DNA of 64,000 nucleotides from Eledone cirrhosa (lineage: Eukaryota). Below the pieces are notes generated by a model, which saw only the letters and a list, made by a program, of their open reading frames with translations, ran no database searches and was not told where the DNA came from. Positions within the stretch are counted from its first letter, which is position 1, and every line of letters begins with the position of its first letter. Below are positions 1-15,039 of this stretch, in pieces. The stretch is taken from contig OZ024740.1 of assembly GCA_964016885.1 (NCBI GenBank), positions 404,798,001 to 404,862,000 on the forward strand. The letters are read 5' to 3'. The position numbers and the translations under genes are program-made.

Positions 1-215
1 AAAGCTGAAAGAAACTTTGGAAATTGTAGCTCTGAGTTTTGTTTTACTGTGCAACTAATTGCAGTTTTCAAGTTTTCATTCTTACATTCACTGTCTTTTA
101 ATTCATCTATTAGTTGTTTAATATAAGTAAATGTAATTATTCATGAAACATATTACAGGTAAATTTTTTATTGGTTTTGGAGTAAAATTTCTAAAAGCCT
201 TCTTTTATCTTGTAG

Positions 216-365
<150 letters not shown>

Positions 366-489
366 TAAATTGTTTTGATATTTGTCATAAATATTCATTA
401 ATTTCAGTTATTATAAAAGACTAGATTTATTGATGTAATGGACCTCTGTTGGTTTTGACAAGTGTTCCAGTTGTTAATTAATCTAATGT

Positions 490-735
490 GTAAGTGGTTT
501 AGCATTCCGCAGACATGTATACTTATAACTTAATTCTTGGGGAGATTCTGTGTAAGTGTGTGACAAAGCTCCCGTTTTGAATTACAAGTATAGTCTATTT
601 GACAGGCTTTCAATTTCCATCTACACAATTTCACTTACAGGACATGGGCTAACTTGAAGCTATGATAAATGGCACTTGCCCAAGGATCGAACCTGGGACC
701 TAATGATTGTAAAGCAAACTTCCTAACCATTCCAA
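490..735 (-). mobile_element. Degenerate tRNA-derived (CORE-type) SINE in TENT4 intron
   Basis: Minus strand reads TGGTTAG...GGTTCGATCC (A/B-box-like) followed by CTTGGGCAAGTG (CORE-like). Confidence 0.55.
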
Positions 736-1153
736 CATGTAGTCCTAGAATGTTTTTTCTAGTGCTAGTGTATTTTATTTAGAAATCTTTGAAGAATTCC
801 AAATTTTTTATTGGTTCTTTGTGACCTAGTGTTTAATACCATTAATGATGTACAATTATAACTTATAAATGGCATATCAGTTTTATGGATTGGCTCTAAT
901 GCGAAGCTTATATATATGCATGTAAATGTCTACTTGACTGCCTGATCATATACATTTTGAAGAAAATTTAATGAAATGCTTTATTGTATTGTTTTTATTT
1001 AGCCTAATTTTTATCAGTAGCTCCAGAGAAATAGTGTAAAATTCAAATATTACAGATTTTTTGTTGGTGCTATACAATGAGTCTAAGATTCCAGTAATCA
1101 GTCAATTGACTAGTTAACACTTAAATTTAAACTAGTTCATTTTACTTTTGTGA

Positions 1154-1738
<585 letters not shown>

Positions 1739-2733
1739 TAACTGTCTTTTTTGCCTTTTATTTGTCTTCAGTTTATCTATTTGTTTGTCTGCGTTTGCCT
1801 GTCCATTGTTCCTGCTTACATGTCTATGTGTATCTTAATGTTCATTCCTTTAAGAAATCAGTAATAAATATAGAAATAGAAACTTACTTTCATGTTTTGA
1901 AAAATGCCTTCATGAGATACCTTCAATGTTACCACTTATGTTCTGAGATACAATTATTCTTGATTTTAAAGATTCTTTCCCTCCAAAATCTTGTTTTTTT
2001 AAATACAAATAAATTTAGATATAGTATAATGTTGCACAAGCAAGCAAATAGCCATTTCACAAAATATCTCGAGTAATGTGTTAGCCAGGAGTGCCATGGT
2101 GTTGTTGCAGGGCTAAGCATTTTTAATTCAATGCCTTCACTATACACTGTTTTAAAAAATGGACACATTGGATAATGTCCACATTGGAGAAATATGGAAT
2201 GTCTTTCATCATAGACGTGCTCAAAGTTGACAACCACCACCATTCAAAAAACCAATTCACAGCATCCAACAGATTTCAGCACTTCCATCTCTTCAATTTC
2301 ACTGAGGGCCTTGGTTTACCCAAAGTTTATGGTAGATAGACATTTACTTAATATGCTATTCTTAAGCACAAGGCTTTTTGGTAAAATTTTGTCTCAAAAA
2401 CAGTATGTTGACTTCTCTTAATTAGCTTGCTGCCATCATCTCTTGCAGCAAGAGACTTTCTAGGAGAAAAATGTCCGTCTCCACATTTTTTAACAAATGT
2501 TTTGTAGTACACTTAAAATTGTTAAATTATGATGTATTGTTTGGTATTAAAATGCAAGTTAGATACATAAGCTTGTCATTTCACTGAGTTTGTGATCACG
2601 TTTAAAGAAGTTTAAAAATCAGATAGTTTATTAGAAGCTTTGCTTTCTACATTCCAATTTTTTGTATATTTTATTAAAGGTCCTCTGCAAGTAAAACAAG
2701 CATTTGAATATGCTCTTGTAGTATTAGCTTTAG

Positions 2734-2934
<201 letters not shown>

Positions 2935-3983
2935 TAAGTTTGTTTTTTGAATTGTGTTGATTTTAAATTGCTATGGAATGTTCTGTTAAATGAGCTTACC
3001 TGATGGTTTTGGAAGTATTTTTTAACAGGCCAATCAAAACTGAGAGTATGTATGGTGATATCTTGAATATAGAGAGATAACATAAATTGAATACAGTTTG
3101 CAAGATAAAAGGCAACTTCACTAATGCAGGTGTCACAATAAAATACACTCAGTACACTCTGTAATGTGGTTGATGAACAAGTGGAAACAGTAAGGTTGAA
3201 AGGATACTAAAGAGGTTATGCCAAGGACATAACCTTTTTAGTCTGATCTTGCACTTGCTAGCAGGGAAAATGGACATGAAATGATATTGTGGCTATAATA
3301 AAATGTACCCAGTTTACTCTGTAAAGTGGTGTTAAGTAATGCATCCATCCATAGAAATTATGCCAAAAAATGGTAGGTACAATGTCTTCCTCTGCCCCCT
3401 CTGTATAAGAACTGACTTGAACAATAATAGAAACTGGTGGAGGAGGTGGGGATAAAATGTTGTGTGTGTGATAATCAGAATATATATAACATTGTTTAAT
3501 ATCTTTTTTTTTCCATACCAGCAAATATATATTCCTGTATATCAATTCATTTACTACCTTAGTATAAGATGAATCTATATTTTGCTGATAACACAAAGAT
3601 AAAGAAGCATTTCAGGAATTATCTACTGGACTTGCCATGAAAATGAGAAAATACTGGGCATTTTCTAATATTACTTTCTTTACTTATATTTTATTTTACC
3701 TTGGCTTTTTGATGCTTCATGCATTAAATATACTGGCAGTCGTTTATTTTCTGTTTGTTATAGATGGTGTCTCGGAATAAATTAATTTCTATAATTTACA
3801 TTGCTAGTAAGACTTCTTGTTTTTGTTGTATTTTTTTTTAAATGCAAAAGAGTCAGAATAAGCCAAATTATTTCAAGAGGGTTTATTTAATGTTAAATGA
3901 GGAAATGTAAGCATTTTTTTTTTTTTTTAAATTTATTTCTCCAATTCAATATTTTATTTACATTTTTCTTATCTATCTTTTAG

Positions 3984-4154
3984 TATTCTTGGTAGAATTG
4001 TACGAGTAACAGATGAAGTTGTACAGTATCGAAAATGGATCAAAGAGAGCTTCCCTAATAAACCATCTCTTCCAGTTGATGTACCTTGTAACCAGGAGAT
4101 CAGTAAAGAAGAGCGTAATACAGACGTTCTTGTACAAACACAGCGAGTAAATAG
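3984..4154 (+). CDS. TENT4: TENT4 exon
   Basis: ttttag|...|gtaaat; (S)ILGRIVRVTDEVVQYRKWI matches the PAPD5 SILGRIIRVTDEV motif; phases 2/2 fit. Confidence 0.93.
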
Positions 4155-4172
4155 GTAAATTTTAAAATATAT

Positions 4173-4207
<35 letters not shown>

Positions 4208-4606
4208 AGTATAATATAGCGGATCTAGTAGAGATTTTACATCATTTACATTTTTTTTTAAACCCCTTTAGCTCAACCCCTTTCCCTTTAGCTATAGTAT
4301 GTTACATACTTTAAAGTTGGTAATAACATCTTAAGAGCTTTTTTTTTTTAACGTAGTTCACTTAGAGATTTTACTGAAAGTTGGTGCTCTGGTATTTATA
4401 TGTAATGCAACTTGCAAATCTTATGCAATTCAGATTTGCAAGTTATATCACATAACCCAAGCTTTAACACTTTTTCTTTTAGTTTAATTTTCCACCCCAT
4501 TTTAAACAGTTTCATTTCCTCTTTTTTTTAAAGTTTTTTGTTATCCCCTAAAATTAAACTTCTAACATTATTTTTTAACTTTTTTGTTTATACTTGATTA
4601 TTCTAG

Positions 4607-4769
4607 AACTTCAAGTGTCAGCAGTAGTGGAAGTAGTTCAATTGTAAATAACCACTGCAATGCAAACCCTGTGATGGAGAGTGAAGCTTCAGATTCTAGT
4701 GGCTCAATATATTGCAAGTCCACATCTAGTTCTTCTGCTAGCTCCAGTTCAAGTATAGCCAGTGATGAG
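4607..4769 (+). CDS. TENT4: TENT4 exon, Ser-rich low-complexity region
   Basis: ttctag|...|gtaggt; phases 2/0 consistent; Ser-rich as in PAPD5/7 C-terminal regions. Confidence 0.85.
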
Positions 4770-5285
4770 GTAGGTTTCTCACTTGTTAAGGGTCTGACAT
4801 AAAAATTTAAATTAAGATCAAAGAAAAATTTGTATTTGATATTTTTCTTGAATATTGAAAGTTATATTCTTTTGATCAGGAGTACAAAATATGGATGTAA
4901 TTTTTTAATTGTATTTTTAAGTTATATGCTCATTAACCATTTTGATACCCATTTGCCTAAAACTGCCCATAGTTTTTATGGTACAAAACTGTGTTGTAAA
5001 ATGTTCATACATTAAAACTTTCCATCATAATTTTATGTAAAAACATTTTAAGTAATGTTTCAGACATCAGCTTAATAATGTAAAGGTTAAGCTATGTTAT
5101 TAAACCTCTCCAAATTCATAATTACTTTCAAAATTAAATGTAACTCTGGCTGTTTATTTCATTAGAAATATGGTAATGAAAATGTTAATATACATTTAGC
5201 AATATTTCACAGTATCTCTATAGATAATGTTTATTTCCAATTCTATTATTTAAAAGGTATTAAGATAGTTTCACATCTATTTTAG

Positions 5286-5747
5286 GAGTCAGATTGCAGT
5301 GCAGATGGCAACAACAAAGTTAGCCATTCTACTAACACTATGAACAACAAATCACACTCTCAGACATCTGTAGCTCGGAGTAGAGACCAGAATGTGGCTC
5401 CTGGAATTGGAACAAAAGTTAGAGACAATAATTCAATAAACACTTCATCTACACGTTCTGTGCCTGTAGTTGCACCTGTTATTGCACCTCGACGAGTGAT
5501 AACAAATCCAAAACACACTTCAAACTGTACCACCAGCTATAGTCTGGCACAACCTCTTGATGTAAATGGACAGAACAATATCAAATATTCAAATATCAAC
5601 CACTACTCATATCATATTGGTCAGACACCTCATAACATACATCAAGTGAACAACAAAGTGATTCATTCAAATGGCAACACCAAACGACGGAAAAACGCAG
5701 TCAAAAGAGATGGTATTCTCACTCCTGGCAATGGAAGCAACAGGTGA
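5286..5747 (+). CDS. TENT4: TENT4 terminal coding exon
   Basis: ttttag|GAG in frame with ORF 5340..5747; ends with the basic motif KRRKNAVKRD (like the C-terminal basic patch of PAPD5), then TGA. Confidence 0.85.
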   Translation, partial: ESDCSADGNNKVSHSTNTMNNKSHSQTSVARSRDQNVAPGIGTKVRDNNSINTSSTRSVPVVAPVIAPRRVITNPKHTSNCTTSYSLAQPLDVNGQNNIKYSNINHYSYHIGQTPHNIHQVNNKVIHSNGNTKRRKNAVKRDGILTPGNGSNR

Positions 5748-6143
5748 TCTTTCTCGGAATAACTTGGGTTTCAACCCATGGTTCTTCAAATACATCGCTG
5801 GTATCTTCATTTATCAGCTCAGCCAGTAATTAATGGTTTCATACCGTTTCTGCTTTGTTTCGCTACAAAGCATGTAATAATTAACATAATTATTCCGAAT
5901 CGGAAAAAAAAAGATGTTTCCAGTACTTGATTGGTTGAAGGTAAAAAAAAAAAAATAATAAAAATTTTAAAAATAAACGAAAAAAAAAAACAAAAAACGG
6001 AAAACGTAAAATAATTTTTAAAAAGATAAAAAAGGACAAAAAACAAAAAAAAAATACAAAAATAAAAATAATTAGTTGAGATCTCAGTTAAATATAATAA
6101 AAATACATATACATATATATATATATGTGCATGTATATATAAC

Positions 6144-6186
<43 letters not shown>

Positions 6187-9020
6187 CAGGTGTTTGTGTA
6201 TATGCATGTATATATATATATCAATTATATGTATATGTATGCATGTGTATGCACATATATATATGTATGTATGCGTGTGCATGCTTACATGTTTGAGCAT
6301 ATATCTATATATGCTTGTATGTATATCTGTGTATAGATATATGCGTATATACATATCTATATGTACCTCTATACATACATATGTATATAGATGTTTGTGT
6401 ATATATATATGTAAGTATGTATTTAAGTATACTTCAAAATTTGTAAAATAGCTTATGTAAAATACTTTCAACTAGAAGTGTAACACCAAGAGAGCATCTT
6501 TGGCTGCTCAGTTTTTCTAGTTTTTCCTTATTTACAAATGTTTTAAAAAATGCAAAAAAAAAACAAAACCCCAAAAATATTTCTTCTCCATTATAAAAAT
6601 TACTGAATCTCAATCTTATATTTCTCCCTTTTCTTCTCCCTCTCCAATCTAAGAGACCTTTCAGATGTTCTTTATAAAAACAGGGACCTCTGCTAGGTTT
6701 TAATGGAAACTGAACCCAGCCAAGAGCCATGCTGTTGAGGAGTTGAAATTGTTTAGACATTCCATGCATTTTTATATAAATATATGAAGTAAAATGTGTG
6801 TGTGTGTGTGTGTGTGTGTCCATTTATCTAAACATACATGCATTCTATATTCATATGTAAAACCACTTCATACTTTAGTTATGTATTTCTAGAAAAGATT
6901 TTGGGAGATAATGTTAAAAAAAAAAAAGAAATCTCTCTTTGCCTTTCACCAAGTACAAGATCATTCCAATATACAAGTAATTTGATTTCAGATTTGGAGG
7001 AAAAACACAATTTAAAAAAAAATAGGAATTGAGTAGATTAGGTAGCCTTTTAGAAATGTGAGTTTGCTTGGGGTTTTTGAGAAGTTAGAGAGGGCCATAT
7101 CAATGCACTTCCAAATTAGAATAATGTAACAATCTGCCTTCTATGGATAGGGGGTTTTCATCCACATTTCCACTGATTTTGAAATTTAAATGTAATGTTC
7201 CAATAGATAAAGAAATTGTGGGAAATGAAGTTTCAAACCAGGAATCTTTAATTGATATATTTTAATACATTGTGTCTATTTGTATAATTAGTTATTACTA
7301 GCTGTATACATGTTTTTGTTTTTGAAAAAAAAAAAAAAAATAGTTGAGGTTTCAATATCTATTTAATGGGCTTAACTACTTTAGATAGAGCATATTGAAT
7401 GGAATCCTCCCCAATGTACTTTTCTTTTTCTACTCTTAGATGTTTGCATTGAAAACATTTCGTGTATTTGAATGTTATGTAAGAAAAATTGTACATAAAC
7501 ATCATACTTCACATCTTAAACTTAGGAAAAAAAAAATTAAACACGATAAATGTAAGATTTGGTTCTTGACAACATTTTGTAGATTTCCTCATGACGATTT
7601 CTTTTAGTTTCCTTCTGTTTTTGTTAAACTGATTCATCCATACATTATCCAAAATCATTTTTATTATCTTGTTAATTATTTGAAAAACATCTTAAAATTA
7701 GAAAAAATAAACTGTAAATAGTTTTAAATATTTTTTAAATTCAATATTTAAAAAAGTTAAAAATAATGAAAATTGGAAACTAAAATATAAGATCATGCTT
7801 CTTGAATACACTTTGTATCTTGGGGAAAATAATATACACAAAAAAAAATACAAAAGTTAAAATTCTAAATATCCTTTCTTGAAACCTTTTCAACATTAGT
7901 ATAATCTAAATTCACCTGATATTGCTCACTAATTACTGATGCTTTGACACATTCATGACGAGGTTTTGTCTATATGTATGTATTTATGTATGTCTATTTT
8001 AACTTGCATCAAAATATTACTGTTAAATTGTTCTGTTTAAACTTCATTTTTAGTCTGTTTTCTCTTTTTGTGTGTACGTTATGGTTACTTAGTTTTGGAG
8101 ACAAGTTATCAGCTACATGTTTGACAATTCCCTCGATGTGAAGGTTTAAATTTTATTTTGGTGTGTTTTACTCTTTCAAAGAGTGCATTTGATTCAGTTA
8201 CAGCAAAACTGTTTTTAACTAGGTTTAAGGCTTATATTGTTTCAAACAAAATTTACTCTAATTTTGTTTCATTGTTTTGAATTCATTGTAACTAGAAAAT
8301 CATCTTGTTTAGATATTGATAATTTCTGGTTTCTAAAATAGATTAATCTAAATGCAATACCAAGTTTCAAGAAATCAAATAGTACAAAGTTTGTTTTATA
8401 AAGCATGTTAGGGCAGAGGGCTTAGTTTCGAGGCTAACAAACTAAATTCTTGATTTCATTTCAAATATGCACTATATTCTACTCAAACCAGCAATTTAGA
8501 TATAATTTAGTTACATGCATTAGATTTGAAGATATATTCTCATTAACCAGACTCGTTATGTATCTCGAAAATAAATTCTTCAGATCATGCTTGAAATATT
8601 TGTATCTGATATTAAAAATACACCCTTGATGATATGGTGTAATTTTTCACTGAAGACGGAGTCATTTGTTATTTAAAATAAAATTAAAGGGTTTCTAATT
8701 TTAAATACGGCAACAAATTTAGATTACTATCTTTTTAGGTAATAAGCCCCATACTTTTCAGCTTTTACATAATTTTATCCGATATCATGTTAGAAGTTTT
8801 AAAAGGTTTTCTGGGACAAACAAATATAAAACGAAATTGAAACTTTTCATAATTGGAGGCTCAAATTTGTATTTTATTTTTATTTGGTAGTTAATTTATT
8901 AAACATTCTTTAATTTCTACATTTAGTATGCTAAATTCAAACACATTACAACTGAATGTCTTTTATAGTTTCAAATATTTCACTTAAATTTTTACTTGGT
9001 AACTTTTTCCTTTTTAATAG

Positions 9021-9057
<37 letters not shown>

Positions 9058-10450
9058 TCATAATCTCAGATAAAAAAAAGAGGCAAACATTTAAGTTCAT
9101 TTGTGAAATAAAGATATTGGCTTTCGTGTAATTTCATTTTTAATGGTATGTTTATTCATGTCACCTTATTTTATTTTGCATTCCTTCCTTTTTTTTTTTG
9201 AGATCTGTACTTTTAGTATTTAGCCAGTAGATTTCATAGGATCTCTATTTTAAAATTTGCATCAAGAACCTTCTTGTAATGACTACTGTTTCAAGTGTAA
9301 GCTGTTGAATGTTTTTGTCTGTATATTTGTCTTTCCATAGTTCAAAGACCCACATTCTGCTTGTTGGACTGAATTTATAATTTTACCAGTTTACTACAAA
9401 AAAAAAAAAATGGGATTTTATGTATATTCTATTCTTGATTTTCTTCCATCTTTCACACATACACACACATACATGTAAACATACATATACCTATAAGTAT
9501 ATTTGTATATTTGTATGCACACATACACATACGGTTTTAAGATAAAACATTTTAATCAAGTACTTCAATTTTAAATTCCCTTTTTATTTCTTAAACAATG
9601 ATGCACTTTAAATACATTTACTTTTGTCACTTTGTTTTCTTCAATGAAATTTATTTAAAATATATTTAAATCAGGTTTAGTGAAATGTAAACGTTCACCA
9701 TTTCTTTTAACTGAAATTCAAATGTCACTCGCAGAACTTCAGATCATATAAGCATTGTCATCATAGGTGATTTGAAGTATTTTACTTGCTGAGACTAATA
9801 TTTCATATTGACAAGTTCAAGATATTTCTTGCTCTTCATTATTCTTAGCTATTCAGATCAAGAAGAATATTCCCCTTCACCTTTTTAAAATTTGAACAAT
9901 TTTTCCGACTCTTGTTTGCCACAAGTGTACATAATCAGTTTCATATTTTAGTATTAAAACTGGCGTTATAATTGGTGCAATAACTCCATTATTTGAAACA
10001 TTTCAAATTCAGATGTATTAGGTATAGGATTAAAACCATTAAAAAGAAAAAAAGGAAAACAAAAAAAAACAAAACAAAAAAAAAAATGAAAATAATTTTT
10101 GCTTTTTACTTCTGCAAGAATTGTTGGTTGAATGCAACTAAATGGATGAGGTATACCATGAAAACATGTTACCATTCTTTAATGCTCACTTGTAAGCTCG
10201 GTGTTGTCCAGGTTCCTGCTGAATGTATGCTACGAGCAGATGTGCTTGTATAGTTTAAGCAGCTCACAATGGCTGGTTGTATATACTCTTGTAAATATTA
10301 CTGCTACTGCAGGGCAGATTTTAATTGTAAATAAAATTTTTTTCCCTTTTGTTTGTATAAATTATTTTTGTGTTTTTTTTTTTTTTTTTTTGTTTTTTGT
10401 TTCATTTATTTAATTTGAAATGTTCATTAAAAAATAGTTGTTACTATGAA
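5748..10450 (+). other. Probable long 3'UTR of TENT4 with distal poly(A) signals
   Basis: AT-rich stretch with no interspersed repeat I could recognise; AATAAA at 10330-10335 and ATTAAA at 10426-10431 near U-rich tracts; the end is inferred. Confidence 0.45.
6100..6430. repeat. (TA)n/(TG)n compound microsatellite
   Basis: Direct inspection; explains the spurious YI/CV-rich ORFs. Confidence 0.9.
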
Positions 10451-12195
10451 ATTCTCTTCATTTCTGTAGAGAACGTTGCATTGAAAAGAAAACTTGTTGA
10501 ATTCATATCGACGTTTTGAAGAAGGCTAAAAAAAAATTGTAATTGGGTTTCCATGGAAAATATTAAAATATTCCATCTTGATTCTTTTGATACCAAACTA
10601 CCTACAAATGCCCTGGTTTTTAATATAAAAAAATGTTCCGTAATTTCTTGTAAAAACCTTATATTCCAGATAGCTTAATAATGAGAAAGGTTTATATTAC
10701 TAAATACCTTTTAAATTGATTTTTGGAAATCAGAGGCAGCATATTTCACTAGAAATATGGTATTGGAACGGTGAATTTACATTTGGCTCAATAGCATCTC
10801 TGGTTTATTTATTTATTTATTTATTTATTTTTTTTTAAAACCTGATAACTTTTAAAATGATATACTTAATTGGGAGGTCTTATTTTCCATGGTTTGGAAA
10901 TGTCTTCTATCATATTTCAATTGAACTATTTTCATTATATTCTCAGTACTCTCGGGTCTCAAACAATGCCACATCCCCTCCCCCATTAATGTTTCAGATT
11001 TTTTCCAACTTCCATTTCCTGCTTATAAAATATTGGTTATCTATCTCTGGCGACAATTTTCTTTATATATTAAAAATCATACATGGCAAAAAATGTACAT
11101 TACTAGAAATCCCATGTAATAAAATAAATAGGATGATATCAATATGTAAACTAAACGGATAATTCTTTTTTTAAACATTTTTTTATTTTTTATTTTTAAA
11201 TCAACCGAGTCAACCTAGAAAAGTTAGTGTTTTTTTTTTTTTTTTTGTTTTTTTTTTTTTCTTTTCTTTTCTCCCAATCACCCCCTATTATTTGGGACTC
11301 GAGAGTGAATACTTAAACATTGGCTGTATTTTATGAGGAAGTGAAGCTACTTACTATATACTACTGCTGATACCCCCTTCACTCCTCCTTTACACAGACA
11401 TCATTCATACACAACCTAGAAATCTCATGCCAAATTTGTTGCTTTCATGAACAGAAATCTTGAAAATATTCCAATGAGGACATGGCAGCCTAGTTTTCTT
11501 AACAGCAACGTACAATCTACATAGAATTGTATATCAAAAACAGTCTTACACTACATATAAACATGACTGAAACTACATGTAAACACGATCTCAACCCCTA
11601 CCCCCATATTTTTTGTTTATTTATTTATTTATTTTTATTTTTTTGCTTTGCTTTGCTTTTACAGCTAAGCTAAACAGCAACCACATTATCTTCATTAGTC
11701 TGGGAGGTCTTAGATTGTCCTCCATTGACAAAAAAAATGATTTAGAGGTTTTACTGGTTCTACAAATGTGAAGTAGTTATTTATTCGTAGTCAGAACTCT
11801 TCTAATTGTTGTACTAGAAATATTCTTGCATAAACTTCATAGCTAGTCTAAAATAGCTTTGCTATGGCTCTATCCCTTTCATGATGTAATGTTTGCTTAA
11901 GGCCTCTAGTGCATTTATTTTTATTTTTAGCTTTTTATCCATTAATACTAGTGCTTGATCTGGGGCTAAACATATATACTTTAAAACATGGGCTAATATA
12001 TAATTAAAGTTTAATATTTCTATAAAATACAGCACTATATAGTTCATATTTATCTAGACAGTCTTTAACAGCACTCTTTCATATACTTACTGTCCAATTG
12101 AGAAAAGTTTATCTTCTGAAAACTGGATGCATTCCATATTCCAGTCGGGTATGGTTAAAAAGTTTCAGTATCGGATATTACGTGCACGCACAAAC

Positions 12196-12430
12196 ACTGG
12201 GTTGACTTAAAAATTCGTTCGGTTTTTTTTTTAAATTTTTTTTTTATTTTTTTTTATTTTTTTTTTAAGCGAAAATAAAACAAGTTTTAAACACAACCAT
12301 TTATTCATTCAATGACATAATTACCATTTCATTCTAGTATCTTCTGTCATCTTGTTGGCAGATCCATTATTCCTTGATCAAAGAATTTCCTGTCTTTACT
12401 GTCGGAAAGCTCTTTCAGGTGAATTTTTTT
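12196..12430 (-). mobile_element. Tc1/mariner remnant (TIR plus transposase C-terminus)
   Basis: Minus strand reads DSKDRKFFDQGIMDLPTR*QKILE*NGNY (mariner FFxxGIxxLPxRWQK...GxY); TIR-like gggttgac(t)taaaaattcgttcgg at ~12199 with a second copy at ~12545. Confidence 0.7.
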
Positions 12431-12956
12431 TCATCCTCTTCAGAGTTTAATTTAACAAACATAAATAGCCGTCAATGATGGACACTTGTATATTGACCAC
12501 TACATAACTATAAGGTAATATTCACATATTGAATCTCGCTCACAGAGTTGACTAAAAAGTTTGTTCGGCTTTTAAGCAAAAATAAGACATTTCTAACAAA
12601 TAATTTCCACATTTACGATTACCATAATACTACAACACCCACCTATCTATACTGGGTCACTTTCATATTTCTTAATCGCCTCATAATTTAATCTATCTTG
12701 CTCAAAGTACTATAAAAAACCACATAGATGTGCTTCAAAACTGCCGAACATCCTCATACCATAAAGACGCCTATAGATATCGTTGAGATATTAAAGTTAG
12801 CTAATTACTAGGTAATATTAACTTTCTTTTCTTTCTTCTATACTGTTTTTAAAAGCCCCTCTTCCCCATCATAATTATCTTAACAGTTCTACCCATTAGC
12901 TGTCTCAATTAATCAAGACAGCATTTGTAACCACGCCCTAAAAATTAAATTTTTAA

Positions 12957-13341
12957 CTCTAGCATTTAAACCGGCCATATCCGGCCAGAATTTTCTCACC
13001 TCTTTCTTTTCAAACCGGCCATAACTGTGTGCTCATACTGGTGTTAAGGTTTTGTTCTCAAAATAAACAATATCAAAATCTTGTAGATTTAATATTATGT
13101 GAGGTAAAGCCTTTACTGTGAAAATACTATAGTAAATATAGAATAATTGTTTCTACTTTTGGCACAAGGCCAGCAATTATTCCAGTGTATCACTGGTACT
13201 TTATTTTATCGACCTCGTAAGGATGAAAGGAAAAGTTAACCTCGGCAGGATTTGAACTCAGACCATAAAGGGCCGTAACTCTTTGCTGCAAAGCATGGTG
13301 TCCGACCCTCTACCGATACTGCCAATGTAAATGTTAAAGGG
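12957..13341 (+). mobile_element. piggyBac-type MITE (copy 1) interrupted by a SINE
   Basis: TTAA on both sides, ends in ...gtaaatgttaaaggg; same body as the copies at 38010, 39514, 40240 and 41391. Confidence 0.8.
13145..13326 (-). mobile_element. tRNA-derived SINE (Meta-domain-like family)
   Basis: A box TGGCAGTATCGG, B box GAGTTCAAATCC, central CCTTTCATCCTTACGaGGTCGATAAAATAAAGTACC, (ATT)n tail. Confidence 0.85.
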
Positions 13342-13482
13342 TTAATACACTTCAATGATCGACTATCAATTTCCAAGCCATCCCAACTCTTCAACACAAA
13401 TTCGTAAATTTTCTATGGAAACCCATAAGAATTCACGCGCACATATGTATGTATAGATATATTTATATATATATATTGTAGT

Positions 13483-13624
13483 CAGTGCCGGACTTACCAT
13501 TGTGCTTAAGCATAGGGGGGGTCCCATCTTCCTGCCAAATAATTTTCTTTGATAAATTTTTCAAATGTTTGGAACCTCCTAACCTAACTAGCACAGGGCC
13601 TCATTTGTCGTAAATCCGACTCTG
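13483..13624. mobile_element. hAT-type MITE
   Basis: Imperfect TIRs cagtgccggactta...taaatccgactctg and a perfect 8-bp TSD ATTGTAGT (13475-82, 13625-32). Confidence 0.8.
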
Positions 13625-13869
13625 ATTGTAGTTAATACACAGCATTGCGTATAACATAATAAAATATCGATAATGTTTAAAATCTAGTACAATGCGGTAG
13701 AAAAATACAAAGGGTGATGACAAATAAAACAATGTTTTACCCGATGGAAGTCATTATTGGTCTATTGGCATTATTGGTCTATTTTTACTATACTCCATCA
13801 AGGATGAATTCCCCAATGTAGGTGGGTGTCTGTACCGTTATGATGATCTTTTCACTATGACTCCGAGCT

Positions 13870-14830
13870 ATTGATAGGTTTGGTTTAGAAAGGAGGTTAT
13901 TGCTTTTTTTTTTTTAAGGTTTCCATTCACGAGGATGCTAATCTGTCGTGAATTTCTTCGATGTGAAACTTAATATGTCGAACAGTTTGTACTACTCGTA
14001 TTGAAAGCCCAATGACACTTTAAACTACATAAACAAATACTTTAATCAGCCAATCAACATAAAAATCCTTTCCTGTTTATCAGCTAACAAGCAAAGTTTC
14101 ACCGACCATTCCACATATTACAATAAAGTTCAGACAGTGGATTTTTAGATAAGGTAGAATACACTAAATACGAGCACAAAATTAGAAAAAATAGATCTAG
14201 GCGCACTATATTGTATAACCCAGCAAATAATATGGAAGTGGCCACGCAAATAGCTAAAGCTTTCCTTACATTAATTAGGACATTTCCCCATAGCACATAA
14301 ATATAAGATAATCAATAAAAACACTGTTAAAATATCCTATTCCACAACTCCCAATCTCGTACACAACATTACTGCATCTAACTTAGTCAAATTATCTAAT
14401 TGTAGTAATATAGACAAGCTTGAACTTAGTTCTAACTGCAATTGTATTAATAGGGACTACTGTCCTTTACCTATCGAGTAATATAGTTTATAAATGTAAG
14501 CTCGATGCACCTACAGCCAGTAAAGGTTAACAGCCAATACATTCAAGTAATGTTTATACATGCACTTTAATTAATTTTAAAATCCTTTCAGAAGGAATAT
14601 GATATCACTTTCGGCCTATATCTGGAATTTAATAGACAAAAACATCTGATATAAATTACACTGGTAAATCCTAGCTAAAGCTAGATCCTATAACAACAAT
14701 TAAAAAACTCATGATCTTTGTGCCAATGGAAATATTTTAAATAAAAGATCTGTGGCAATTTTCCTTGTAAACATAAACTATATAAAACTTTCTTATATAA
14801 CAGCCCAGCATTGTATCCTAGTGAATAGTA
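13870..14830 (+). mobile_element. Degraded Penelope-like element (RT thumb/linker plus GIY-YIG), possibly Nematis-type
   Basis: Disrupted frames read RKNRSRRTILYNPA...AKAFLTLIRTFP, KIINKNTVKISYSTTPN, CNCINRDYCPL...NIVYKC and SLSAYIWNL...W*ILAKARSY, all typical PLE motifs. Confidence 0.7.
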
Positions 14831-15039
14831 TGAGTCTACACCCCAACAGTATGCAGATGATATACGCGATGATGTGGCAGTTAAGAACGACCAAATTTTA
14901 TACACATATATATAATTTTCACACTATATTTTTCATATGTGTATGCGCATTCATCTACATTTGTAAACACATACCTATATATGACAACGAATAGCCTACC
15001 ATTACTCCTTACTGCTAAAATATTTACCCTAGTTGTTAT

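Noticed and set aside
6076-6471. Overlapping ORFs rich in YI/CV/HT (also at ~19.4, 28.3, 31.6, 49.0 and 50.1 kb)
   Set aside because: Translations of dinucleotide microsatellites.
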